64,000 nucleotides of DNA from Waterburya sp. (GTDB lineage: Bacteria > Cyanobacteriota > Cyanobacteriia > Cyanobacteriales > Xenococcaceae), in contig CBDCJV010000002.1 in assembly GCA_965217895.1 (NCBI GenBank), positions 2,816,001-2,880,000 on the forward strand. The letters run 5' to 3'. The notes under the pieces are model-generated. The model had not been told where the DNA came from, did not search any database, and saw only the letters and a list, made by a program, of their open reading frames with translations. Both the position numbers and the translations under genes were made by a program. Below are positions 21,555 through 30,950 of this stretch, one piece after another (the first letter of the stretch is position 1; each line of letters begins with the position of its first letter).

Positions 21555-22508
21555 ATGGATTTATTGCGATCGCTTCCTATTGGTTCATATCTCGAACAGC
21601 CTGTCACTTGGCTACATCAGATCGATCCGCGAGTAAAATTAGTCTGGTTAATGACTTTTTTGATTGCTCCGCTGTTGGGCAATCCTTTTTGGCGTATTGG
21701 TCTGGCTGCATCTTTAATTGTGTTAACTATCGTTGCGGGCATTCCCTTTAGGGCTTGGAGTAAGCAGATGGGTTGGTTACTGTTGCTTTGTTTGTTTATG
21801 TTTTTGTTTGCCAGCGTTGCCCCTGACTCCTTGGCAGCTAAACACCAGCCTAGAGTGCCTGAGTTTTGCGCTGATGTAGCTACCAGCAGTAGTACAGCCG
21901 AAAAGCCAAGTAAGCAACTTGAGTGCAAATCCCAGTTGCCACAACCGACAAGCTACCGTTATGTTTATTTGGATCAGCCTAAGTTTGTTTTTATTCCTCG
22001 TTTAGTAGTTACCCGACGCTCTTTAGATGTAGCAGTACGAGTTTCTACTTTAATTTTCACTTTGATTTACAGTACGAGCCTGTATCTTTTAACCACCGCT
22101 CCTGAAGAAATTACTGCAGGTTTAGAAGATCTGATGAGTCCTCTACGCCGTTTCAATCTGCCAATCTCCGAAATTACTCTGACTCTAACTCTTTCTCTAC
22201 GTTTTATTCCCCTTGTCTTAGAAGAAGTTCAAAATTTAGTTCGCTCTATCCGTACCAGGGCGATAGACTGGAAGAAACTAGGTATACGTCGTAGCACCCA
22301 GCTATGGTTAATTGTCTCGGAGAAGCTATTAGAAAATTTGTTATTAAGAGCCGAACAAATAGCTACAGCCATGGATGTTCGCGGTTTTACTACCCCAAAT
22401 GAACATCGGGTTCAATGGCATCAGCTACGGTTGCGGTGGCGTGACTGGCTAGCTTTAGGAATTTTGATTCCTTTTTGGTGTGCGCGTTGGTTTGTGGGGG
22501 GAATCTAA
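21555..22508 (+). CDS. ECF transporter T component (CbiQ/Ycf92-like)
   Basis: DPRVKL, LRFIP, AMDVRGF. Confidence 0.85.
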   Translation: MDLLRSLPIGSYLEQPVTWLHQIDPRVKLVWLMTFLIAPLLGNPFWRIGLAASLIVLTIVAGIPFRAWSKQMGWLLLLCLFMFLFASVAPDSLAAKHQPRVPEFCADVATSSSTAEKPSKQLECKSQLPQPTSYRYVYLDQPKFVFIPRLVVTRRSLDVAVRVSTLIFTLIYSTSLYLLTTAPEEITAGLEDLMSPLRRFNLPISEITLTLTLSLRFIPLVLEEVQNLVRSIRTRAIDWKKLGIRRSTQLWLIVSEKLLENLLLRAEQIATAMDVRGFTTPNEHRVQWHQLRLRWRDWLALGILIPFWCARWFVGGI

Positions 22509-22510
22509 GC

Positions 22511-23974
22511 TTGATCGATAAAACAGCTACACCCCCAGCAACAAAAATACAGTCATGGCATTGGCGATCGCTGGCTCTAGAAAATCGCACCGCTTCAGAT
22601 ATATTTACTGCCTTATTTGCCGATGAAAAAATTGCCACCCTGCTTGAAAGCCCCGCTATAGCCGATCCAGAATATCCCCAGCTAGCTCGCTATTCTATCT
22701 GTGCAGGTTCTCCCCGCACTGTTCAAGGCAATCCTCAATTATGGACTCCTGAAATTGGTAAAATTCTACCTTTTTTGCGATCGCGCCTGCAACAACCTAC
22801 TATAGATAATCCTGAAGTTGCTCACTTGCCTTTTACGGGTGGTTGGTTAGGTTGGTTGGGTTATGATTTAGCCTGGGAAATTGAACGTTTACCTAGTTTA
22901 AATCAGGATACTCTACCCTTTCCTGTCGCCTATTGGTATGAGCCAGATTGTTTTGCTGTCCTCGATCATGTAGAACAAATCCTCTGGTTAGCTGTCGGTG
23001 AATCTCAAGAATTAGATAATTTAGAAAACCGACTGGCTTTATGTAAGGGCGAACGGTCGTTCGCCCCTACGTCTTCAAAAATATGTTTTTTAACCAACAA
23101 ACAACAATATCAAAACGCCGTCAAAAAGGCTAAACAATACATTCAGGCGGGAGATATCTTTCAAACGAATTTATCCTTGCGTTTTCAGACAGAAACTACC
23201 GCTAATAGCTGGACAATTTATCGTCAGCTACAGCAGATAAACCCTTCTCCTTTTGCTAGTTATTGGCGATCGCCTTGGGGAGATATGATTAGCTGTTCTC
23301 CTGAGAGACTAGTATTGTTAGAAGGAAAAAAAGCCCAGACTAGACCCATTGCAGGGACAAGAAGCAGAGGTAAGAATCAAGAAAGCGATCGCGCTTTGGC
23401 AGCAGAATTACTTAGTAATACTAAAGAAAAAGCCGAACACATTATGCTTGTGGACTTAGAACGCAACGATCTCGGTAGAGTCTGTCAATGGGGTTCAGTG
23501 AAAGTAGATGAATTATTAGCAATAGAACGCTACAGCCACGTAATGCACTTAGTAAGTAACGTCAAAGGAATTTTACAGCCTGATTATGATGCCGTAGATT
23601 TGATTCGGGGCATATTTCCAGGAGGAACAATTACTGGTTGTCCCAAGGTACGCTGCATGGAAATCATTGAAGAATTAGAGCCAGTGCGTCGCAGCCTATT
23701 TTATGGTTCTTGTGGCTATCTCGATCAGCGAGGCAATTTAGATCTGAATATTCTTATCCGTACTTTGCTATACGTCAAAACTGCTGATTGTGATCTAGCT
23801 CAAGTATTTGGACAGGTTGGGGCTGGCATTGTTGCCGATAGCGATCCAGAACAAGAATGGTACGAGTCTTTAAATAAAGCCGAAGCACAGATAGCCGCTC
23901 TATCAATGAACAATAAACCTACAACTGCTCTAACTGCTCTAACTGTCGAAGCGGGTGTGGAACAAGCTTCTTAA
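22511..23974 (+). CDS. pabB: Aminodeoxychorismate synthase / anthranilate synthase component I family
   Basis: SPER, RPIAGT, EHIMLVDLERND, PGGTITGCPK; start uncertain. Confidence 0.75.
   Translation: MIDKTATPPATKIQSWHWRSLALENRTASDIFTALFADEKIATLLESPAIADPEYPQLARYSICAGSPRTVQGNPQLWTPEIGKILPFLRSRLQQPTIDNPEVAHLPFTGGWLGWLGYDLAWEIERLPSLNQDTLPFPVAYWYEPDCFAVLDHVEQILWLAVGESQELDNLENRLALCKGERSFAPTSSKICFLTNKQQYQNAVKKAKQYIQAGDIFQTNLSLRFQTETTANSWTIYRQLQQINPSPFASYWRSPWGDMISCSPERLVLLEGKKAQTRPIAGTRSRGKNQESDRALAAELLSNTKEKAEHIMLVDLERNDLGRVCQWGSVKVDELLAIERYSHVMHLVSNVKGILQPDYDAVDLIRGIFPGGTITGCPKVRCMEIIEELEPVRRSLFYGSCGYLDQRGNLDLNILIRTLLYVKTADCDLAQVFGQVGAGIVADSDPEQEWYESLNKAEAQIAALSMNNKPTTALTALTVEAGVEQAS
23043..23070. 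repeat. REP-like palindrome inside pabB
   Basis: GTAAGGGCGAACGGTCGTTCGCCCCTAC; related intergenic copy at 44868-44893. Confidence 0.7.
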
Positions 23975-24013
23975 ACACAAAGGCTTTAGCCAGATGTAGC
24001 GTTTCCACCCGCT

Positions 24014-25231
24014 CTAACTGCCCTTCTCAGGCAAATCTCTTTCTGTCTTTAGCCATCTGCTTTGGGGTTTAACTAAGAACTTAAAATAAATAGGAATTTT
24101 GCCCAGGATATAAAAGGGAATAGCAATTAAATTTTTGAGAGGCAAATCAGAACGACCAAATTTAAGCCAGGCGAGTAATACTCCCGTCATTAAAAACCCT
24201 CCCGCAATGCTGACAAGAATTGCAGGAGTGCTAGAGATTCCGCCGACAATGGCTGCTAAGCAAGTAATAATCATGCTCACCATCCAAGCCATTACCAACA
24301 AAGAAAGAGGTGGAACAGAGATATCTAAAGCTAATCCTAACGCTGCAAAATTACCTGTTTTCAAGAAGGCTCTGAGGAGTCGGGGAACTTCTACTAAAAT
24401 CATTTCTAAATGTCCGTGTTCCCAGCGCGATCGCTGACTTGCAGCGTCTTTATCTTTCATTAGGCGACCAACCACAAAAGCATTCTCACAAAACACAGGA
24501 GTAGATCCAGCCAAGGCTAAATCTACCGTTAGCTGCATATCATCAGTGGTTTTGCTTCCTGCCAAAGAAACCTCATTAATTAATGACCAGGGAAAGGCCA
24601 TTCCCGAACCTGTGAGTAAACAGTGCCAACCAAGACGATTTAAACCCAATAATCGAACTAGGTTTTTTACCTTAATCGAAAACATCGAAATATTATCTTT
24701 GAGGCTAGGATCTTCTGGCTGTTGCATCAAATAGGTAGATTGTACTGGTCTACCTGTGGCGATCGCTTTACAGGTAATGTTTTTGATAGTATTAGGTTCG
24801 ATAATGCAGTCCCCGTCTAAAATTACTAATACTTCAGGAGGATTATTTTTAATTTGCTGCATTGCATAATCTAGAGCATATCCTTTACCGCGCTTAGTTA
24901 AGTGCTTCCTTTCTAATACTGTGACTCCTGCTGCTCTAGCTAATTCTGCCGTATTATCATGACAATTATCAGCAATGACAATGACTCGATCTTGTTCTGT
25001 AATTTGTGGCAGTAATACTTCTAATACTTCTTTAATTTGTTCGGCTTCATTATGAGCAGGAATTAAAACCGTTGTTTTTGGTCGTTCTGATTCTTCTATA
25101 TTTGCTAAATCTGAATTAGATGAGCCAGAAACAAAAGCAGCCAGGCATTCTATAAAAAAAATCAGACAGGGAATAATTAAAACTCCTCCTGTCAACAGTA
25201 AAGCGATATTAATAATGTATAAAAGATTCAT
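24014..25231 (-). CDS. Glycosyltransferase family 2, membrane-bound
   Basis: IPAHNE, DNC.D, DGD, TDD, QRSRW. Confidence 0.9.
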   Translation of the reverse strand: MNLLYIINIALLLTGGVLIIPCLIFFIECLAAFVSGSSNSDLANIEESERPKTTVLIPAHNEAEQIKEVLEVLLPQITEQDRVIVIADNCHDNTAELARAAGVTVLERKHLTKRGKGYALDYAMQQIKNNPPEVLVILDGDCIIEPNTIKNITCKAIATGRPVQSTYLMQQPEDPSLKDNISMFSIKVKNLVRLLGLNRLGWHCLLTGSGMAFPWSLINEVSLAGSKTTDDMQLTVDLALAGSTPVFCENAFVVGRLMKDKDAASQRSRWEHGHLEMILVEVPRLLRAFLKTGNFAALGLALDISVPPLSLLVMAWMVSMIITCLAAIVGGISSTPAILVSIAGGFLMTGVLLAWLKFGRSDLPLKNLIAIPFYILGKIPIYFKFLVKPQSRWLKTERDLPEKGS

Positions 25232-25546
25232 TTGAATATTTATTTATAATTCGATAAATTTAAACGCCTATCAATTAGCAATACCATGTTAACCTTTAAC
25301 CCCTAATAAAGTTGTAAATCACTTTTTTAAACAGCTTTGTATTCACGGTAGGTATCTTATGAAAACCGTGTTAAGTTTGGTGAGATAGATAATAGGTAAT
25401 CTAGATAACATAAATTTAGCAATTAACCATATTTGTTTGAGGTCAATGCTTATCGTTAAATTATGCAATTCAACTGCTTCTAGGTTTAGTGAATTAATAT
25501 ATCGTTCGACCAAGCTTGCTTTTATAACTCGCAATCTAAACAAATT

Positions 25547-26491
25547 ATGCTAATTTCTATTTGTGTTATTACTCTTAAGCGTCCTGAAGGATTAAAGCGT
25601 CTTTTAGAAAGCGTCAATCAGTTAACATTTGAAACCATGGAAGCTCCAGAAATTGAGATGATTGTGGTAGACAATGATACTTGTGGTGTAGCAGAAGAAG
25701 TTTGCAACAAAGTAAAACCAAATTTTAAGTGGTCACTAAAAACTGACGTACAGCCACAAAGAGGAATTACCTACGCTCGTAATAAATCACTCAACTTGGC
25801 TTCAAAAGAAGCAGACTTTATTGCTATTATTGATGATGACGAAGTAACAGAGCCATCTTGGCTGGAAAAATTGTTGTTGACACAGCAGAAATATGATGCA
25901 GATGTAGTCACTGGTCCTGTTGTACCTCACTTTCAAGATAGCGATGTTCCTGACTGGATAATAAAGGGAAGCTTTTTTAATACTCCTCGCTACACAACTG
26001 GAGAACAGCGTCATGTTGCCTTTACCAATAATGTCATGATTCGCGGTGAAATTATTCGTCAGCAAGAGCAGGTTTTTGACGATCGCTTTGCGATTACGGG
26101 AGGAGAAGATTCTCACTTTTTTCTTACCCTCAATAAAGCAGGATACAAAATCATTTGGGCAGATGAAGCAGTAGTCTATGACTGGATTCCTTTATCACGT
26201 ACTAACTCAAAATGGATTTTAAATAGAGGTTATCGTACCTGGGGGAGTCATAGCCGATTAGAAAAAGAACTATATCCTTCATTGTGGGTGCAATTTATCA
26301 GAGCGTTGAAAGGATTAGCATTAGTTTTGATTGGGAGCATTAAATTGATCCCTGCCTTGTTGATAGGTAAACAGGCAACGGTTAATGCCTTACTCTATAT
26401 TTATCGTGGTGCAGGTACTTTTGCAGGTTTATTAGGAATTGATTATCAAGAATATAAAACAGTTCATACTGATTTGGGACTTAGTAAATAG
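25547..26491 (+). CDS. Glycosyltransferase family 2 (ExoM-like)
   Basis: VVDND, IDDDE, GGED. Confidence 0.9.
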   Translation: MLISICVITLKRPEGLKRLLESVNQLTFETMEAPEIEMIVVDNDTCGVAEEVCNKVKPNFKWSLKTDVQPQRGITYARNKSLNLASKEADFIAIIDDDEVTEPSWLEKLLLTQQKYDADVVTGPVVPHFQDSDVPDWIIKGSFFNTPRYTTGEQRHVAFTNNVMIRGEIIRQQEQVFDDRFAITGGEDSHFFLTLNKAGYKIIWADEAVVYDWIPLSRTNSKWILNRGYRTWGSHSRLEKELYPSLWVQFIRALKGLALVLIGSIKLIPALLIGKQATVNALLYIYRGAGTFAGLLGIDYQEYKTVHTDLGLSK

Positions 26492-26521
26492 TATCCTTAA
26501 TAACTGATGTTACCATCGCTC

Positions 26522-26700
26522 TGGGTTTAAAGCCTTGCCCTTATAGGGCGACTTCTCGTTAGCTTTTAGCTGTTAGCTATTAGCTTTTAGCTTTAAGTCC
26601 CTGCGTAGCGCAACTTAACTAATTAACTACGCTTCAACCGAAGGTAAGCTCTGAAGCTCAAAGCTAAGAGCTAAGAGCTTGTTCCACTCCGCTGTTGGGG
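26522..26700 (+). mobile_element. Non-autonomous IS200/IS605-like element remnant with heptamer repeats
   Basis: TGGGTTTAAAGCC plus hairpin, shared with 32115; TTAGCTT/AGCTAAG heptamers. Confidence 0.5.
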
Positions 26701-26705
26701 ACTAG

Positions 26706-28051
26706 CCCTGTTCTGTCACTCTCCGATAATTAAACTACAATAGAAAAAGTTTTTATTGGTTGTGAGATAGATAGGGTAATGGATGTAGAATTACAGATTC
26801 TTAAACATTTGAAAAGAGATGCTCGACCAACAGTTTCTGTCATCGACAAATATTGCTCTGCTTACAATGACTTGTTTTCTGATGTGAGAAGTTACGAATG
26901 TTTCAAATATTTACATCAAGGAATCATCTCACCAATCAAAAGGAAATCACTACCAGAGATAGCAAAGGTAGTAGGGATAAACTCACCGCAATCATTACAT
27001 CATTTTTTAGCCAATTCACCTTGGTCAGCAACAAAATTAAAAGAAAAAAGATTAACTCTAACTTTAGAAGCTTTAAAAAATCAAAAAATTAAAGTCATAA
27101 TCGATGAAACGGGAGACAGAAAGAAGGGAAAGAGAACAGATTATGTAGCTAGACAATATTTAGGTAGTGTCGGCAAAATAGACAACGGAATAGTATCAGT
27201 AAATGCTTATGGAGTTTATGAAAATATAACTTTTCCCTTGATTTTTAAAGTCTTCAAACCCAAAGGAACATTGAAAGAGGTAGACAACTACAAAACTAAA
27301 ATTCAGCTAGCCTCATCTATTATTACAGAACTAGTGGAATTTGGATTTAATATTGATTTGGTATTAGCGGATAGTTTGTATGGCGAAGCTAGTTCATTTA
27401 TTAGAACATTGGATAAACACGACCTACCTTGGGTTCTAGCAATTAGAAGTAATCACGGTGTTTGGCTGTCTTCTGAGCAAAAGGTTAGAGCCAATAAGTG
27501 GTGTAAATTCAAGAGAATTTTTAGTGACCAAAAAGCGGTGCGACCCCGCGCCGACGTAAGGCGCAAGGGAACGCGCACCAAGACATCTGAAATCAGATAT
27601 ATCAGAGAGATAATTTATGGCAAACGAAATAGAAAAACTTATTGGGAAATAACTACTGACACTGAAACTATGCCAGAGAATTCTACTTCTTTCGTAATGA
27701 CCAATATTCAAGCAACCCGAAGTCAAATGAAAAAGACTTTGGGCAATTTATACAGATTAAGAACGTGGGTTGAATATGGATTTAGACAATGTAAACAAGA
27801 ACTGGGATGGACTGATTATCGATTTACTAATTTTTCAGAGATTAATAAGTCTCTAAATAACTTCCGTTTAATCATTCAGCCAACAATTCTTTTCTGGATG
27901 ATTGTTCCTTGGTTAGAAGTCTTTCCCAACCGTTCTTTATTACTTGGTTTTCATCAATTGATTGCTGTAATGAATCAATTTTATTTCTCTTTTCCTGATG
28001 GGTAAATTCTGTTTTTGCTACTCCTTGATTTCGGAGAGTGACAGAACAGGG
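26706..28051 (+). mobile_element. IS701-family insertion sequence
   Basis: Terminal inverted repeats CCCTGTTCTGTCACTCTCCGA / TCGGAGAGTGACAGAACAGGG; CTAG on the left flank. Confidence 0.9.
26779..28005 (+). CDS. IS701 transposase (17-aa insertion, probable C-terminal internal deletion; possibly inactive)
   Basis: IIDETGDRKKG, VARQYLG, LADSLYG, RTWVEYGFRQCKQELG. Confidence 0.85.
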   Translation: MDVELQILKHLKRDARPTVSVIDKYCSAYNDLFSDVRSYECFKYLHQGIISPIKRKSLPEIAKVVGINSPQSLHHFLANSPWSATKLKEKRLTLTLEALKNQKIKVIIDETGDRKKGKRTDYVARQYLGSVGKIDNGIVSVNAYGVYENITFPLIFKVFKPKGTLKEVDNYKTKIQLASSIITELVEFGFNIDLVLADSLYGEASSFIRTLDKHDLPWVLAIRSNHGVWLSSEQKVRANKWCKFKRIFSDQKAVRPRADVRRKGTRTKTSEIRYIREIIYGKRNRKTYWEITTDTETMPENSTSFVMTNIQATRSQMKKTLGNLYRLRTWVEYGFRQCKQELGWTDYRFTNFSEINKSLNNFRLIIQPTILFWMIVPWLEVFPNRSLLLGFHQLIAVMNQFYFSFPDG

Positions 28052-29057
28052 TTAAGTACCTGGGCAAAATTAATTGTATATTTTGTGCCGAAATTTTTTA
28101 AAACCTTTTCGACATACTCAACTAAATTTTTCCAGCTCAAGTATGCCTCCGTTTCAATCCACTCATATTTCATAAATCTCCAGAGAATCTCGCTCAAATT
28201 AAGTTGTGGTGAATAGGTCGGAAACCAGAATATTTCCAATTTTTTCTGTCTCCATTCTGTGATTTTTTTCTGAAAAGCTTTGCTTCGATGAATGGGAGCA
28301 TTATCTATAACTATTACTGTGAGTTTTTTGATTTTTTGAACATATTGGTCGAGAAATTTTATCACGATATCACTATTGATTTTGCATTCAAAAATATAAG
28401 ATTCTAATTCATTATTTCTATTGAGTAAACCTAGGACATTTAATCGTTTACTTTGTTGACTTTTTAAAGCTTCTTTCTCTCTAGATGCTTGCCAGGCGTA
28501 AGGTACATATGGTGTCAAACAAAACCCAGTCTCATCCAAATATCTTAAGTCTAGAGTTCCTTGTTCTGATAGTCTTTTTAAGCCTGCCAATATCTTTTTT
28601 TTCTCTCGTACAACTCTGGTTCAGGTTTTCCTCGAACTGTTTTTCTCAATCTTTTCCATTTCATTCCCAGACACTTTAAAACTCTCTTAATTGTGTCTTT
28701 ACTTGCTCTGATACCCCATTTGCTGCAAATTTTTTCTTGAACCACTACTAAGTTTTTAGGGGTTTCTTTTACCCAGTCTTTAATAATTTTCTGTTGCTCT
28801 TTATCAAAGATTTTTTTTCGTCCTTGACCTTCACGATTATATAGTCCAACTAAGCCTAGCGATTCCCAATTATTCAGCCAATTGTAAATTGTGTTCCGAC
28901 TGACTTTAAATATTTCCATCAACTCGCAAATTCGATATTTTTGATGAGAAAGTAAAATACAATGGCTTCTTTGCCTTACTTGATAGTATTTACTCTGTTG
29001 GTAAATTCTTTTTAAGAGTTTAATAGTATCTTTTGTTAAACCTTTGATATATCTCAT
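28018..29057 (-). CDS. IS630 transposase in two frames (HTH orfA 28578-29057 plus DDE orfB 28018-28590), probable -1 frameshift
   Basis: A8G slippery run at ~28595-28603 joins the frames; YLDETGF, IDNAPIH, YSPQLN motifs. Confidence 0.85.
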
Positions 29058-29189
29058 TTAAGATTTATTCTCCTTTTCACTTTCTTGAGCGATCGCCACA
29101 GAACATTTGGCGATCTTTCGAGGATAACTCCCTCAATATAATCCTCTCAAACTTTCTTAAAAATATACAAATAATTTTGTTTGAGTACT
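28055..29189 (-). mobile_element. IS630-family insertion sequence
   Basis: Imperfect TIRs AGTACCTGGGCAAAATTA / TAATTTTGTTTGAGTACT, flanked by TA (28053-54, 29190-91). Confidence 0.88.
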
Positions 29190-29191
29190 TA

Positions 29192-29419
29192 TTTAGTTAC
29201 ACAGCACTGATAATCTTTTTGGCTTAAATCTAGATACCTTAATATCAGATAGGCGATCGCATTCCTGGAACTATAGGAAAGGTTGTCAGCAAAACTTATT
29301 CATATCAAGGTAAATGGGTTTACTGCATTGCTTTTGATGAAGGCTTTTTAACCATCACAGAAAATGATATTGATGTATCAATCATCTCCCGTATTAAAGC
29401 CAAAAAAATAACCGCCTGA
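29192..29419 (+). pseudogene. Remnant of a small SH3/KOW-like protein gene
   Basis: YQIGDRIPGTIGKVVSKTYSYQGKWVYCIAFDEG... (29243-29419); no start codon, cut by IS630. Confidence 0.4.
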
Positions 29420-29683
29420 TGAGTATCGTCATGTGGACAGGCGATCAAAACATTTAGATGTATGAATGTCGCGGTGGTGTCCAAAGCCAACGTATGGGTA
29501 TAGTTTGGGCTTTTGTACGGAAATAAGCCAGTAGTTTATTAACTGTATTTAAGCAGTTGACTCAGAGCTTTCAACTTTCATAAGCCAAGATACTCATTAA
29601 AAATCGCGAGAATAGCGTGCTTTTAGAGGGAAGAAAGCTTGATGTATCGAGCTTTCGGGAGTTTCGTAAGCCAGACCGCGATT
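29417..29683 (+). ncRNA. Predicted IS110 bridge RNA (5' hairpin, target-binding loop, donor-binding loop)
   Basis: Stems TGATGAGTATC/GATACTCATTA and AATCGCG/CGCGATT enclose two parallel loops GCTT-[10-nt guide]-stem-[guide]-TTTCRTAAGCC; guides match 30925-30939. Confidence 0.78.
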
Positions 29684-29707
29684 ATTTTTCCTTAACTCTT
29701 AGTATAT

Positions 29708-30928
29708 ATGAATCGAATAGTAGGTTTAGATGTCGGTCGTGGATCGGCTGTTTTCTGCTGCCTTGATGAATTTCCCAGCAATATTCTACAGCATTACCAA
29801 AAGTTAGTTAAAGAGAAAAAATTTTATAAAGCTAATTGTTCTAGAACTGGTGTAGAAAAACTACTTTCACTATTGCCTGATGGCATAGTAATTGAACCAA
29901 CGGGCTATTGGTATTCAGAATTTTGGGTGACGGTCGCCAAAGCCAACGATCTTAAAATCTATTGGATAGGACACACAGATTTGAAAGGTCAACGCACTCA
30001 TTACGAATTCACCAACAAGCGGGATGAAGAAGACGCGCTGTGTTTGGCAGCTTGCTATTTCGATCCTAGCTTTATTGACATCAACGGCAACAAAAGGTTT
30101 CTTAGGCTTACCCACAACGAAACAATTAATCTTGTTCGACAATTGTTCCACCAAAAAGAGCAACTGCAAAAATTACGAACTAGTTTAATTCTTCATTTGC
30201 GTCAGAGATTAAGCTTAGAATTTCCAGAGGCAGCGCGTCACACGATGAAAATATCTGACTCAAAAGGCTACACTCCTATCATTTACTGGCTAGCTACCGA
30301 ACAAAAAAATAAACGATACGAGAATAAATATAGTCAGTCAATTGCACCAGAACTAGGAATTAACATTACTAATTACACTCGCGCTCACGCTCAAATTATT
30401 ATTAAAATTGAGGTTCGCATTGTTAAAACCATTTCTCAAATTGCCAAGACAATCGCTTTACCTGAGTTTGATGACTATAACCGCGTGTTTAATAGGTTTT
30501 GTTTTGGGCTTAATACTCGTGCCATACTCCTAGTTCACGTTTTCCCTATCAATAGATTTTTAGTTAATGAAAAACCATTGGTAGAATATGAACCACGTAA
30601 AGGCAAATTACAAAAGCGTAATCGCTCCTTACGTAAGTTTCAGGCTTATTTGGGATTGTCTTTCAGTTATGAAATATCTGGCAATAGCAAAAAGCGTAAA
30701 TTTCATGGCTCATCTTTAGTTCGTTCTCATCTTTATGGATGGGCTTTATGTTTGGTTACTCGCCAAAAAAATATTATTGGTGGTCAAATTGGTCAAAAAA
30801 TTAGCGATCGCTATCATCATCTAAAGCAAACAGTAAAAGGTAAAGATAGTATCACCAGAATATTGTTCAAGGTAACGCGAATGCTTTTCTATGAATTAGT
30901 AAATGAAATTTATAACAAAAAAGATTAG
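29708..30928 (+). CDS. IS110-family recombinase (DEDD RuvC-like domain plus Tnp domain)
   Basis: GLD8VG, IE63PTG, KRD106EED109A, EFPE, AYLGL...IS324G. Confidence 0.88.
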   Translation: MNRIVGLDVGRGSAVFCCLDEFPSNILQHYQKLVKEKKFYKANCSRTGVEKLLSLLPDGIVIEPTGYWYSEFWVTVAKANDLKIYWIGHTDLKGQRTHYEFTNKRDEEDALCLAACYFDPSFIDINGNKRFLRLTHNETINLVRQLFHQKEQLQKLRTSLILHLRQRLSLEFPEAARHTMKISDSKGYTPIIYWLATEQKNKRYENKYSQSIAPELGINITNYTRAHAQIIIKIEVRIVKTISQIAKTIALPEFDDYNRVFNRFCFGLNTRAILLVHVFPINRFLVNEKPLVEYEPRKGKLQKRNRSLRKFQAYLGLSFSYEISGNSKKRKFHGSSLVRSHLYGWALCLVTRQKNIIGGQIGQKISDRYHHLKQTVKGKDSITRILFKVTRMLFYELVNEIYNKKD

Positions 30929-30950
30929 AGGGAAAAGTTTCACAAATACA

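Noticed and set aside
24014..26491. Glycosyltransferases as cargo of the IS110 element
   Set aside because: No predicted left junction was seen upstream of them.
30903..30950. N-terminal extension of RuvB in the ORF track
   Set aside because: It spans the IS110 junction; cyanobacterial RuvB starts at MAIKRS (30951).
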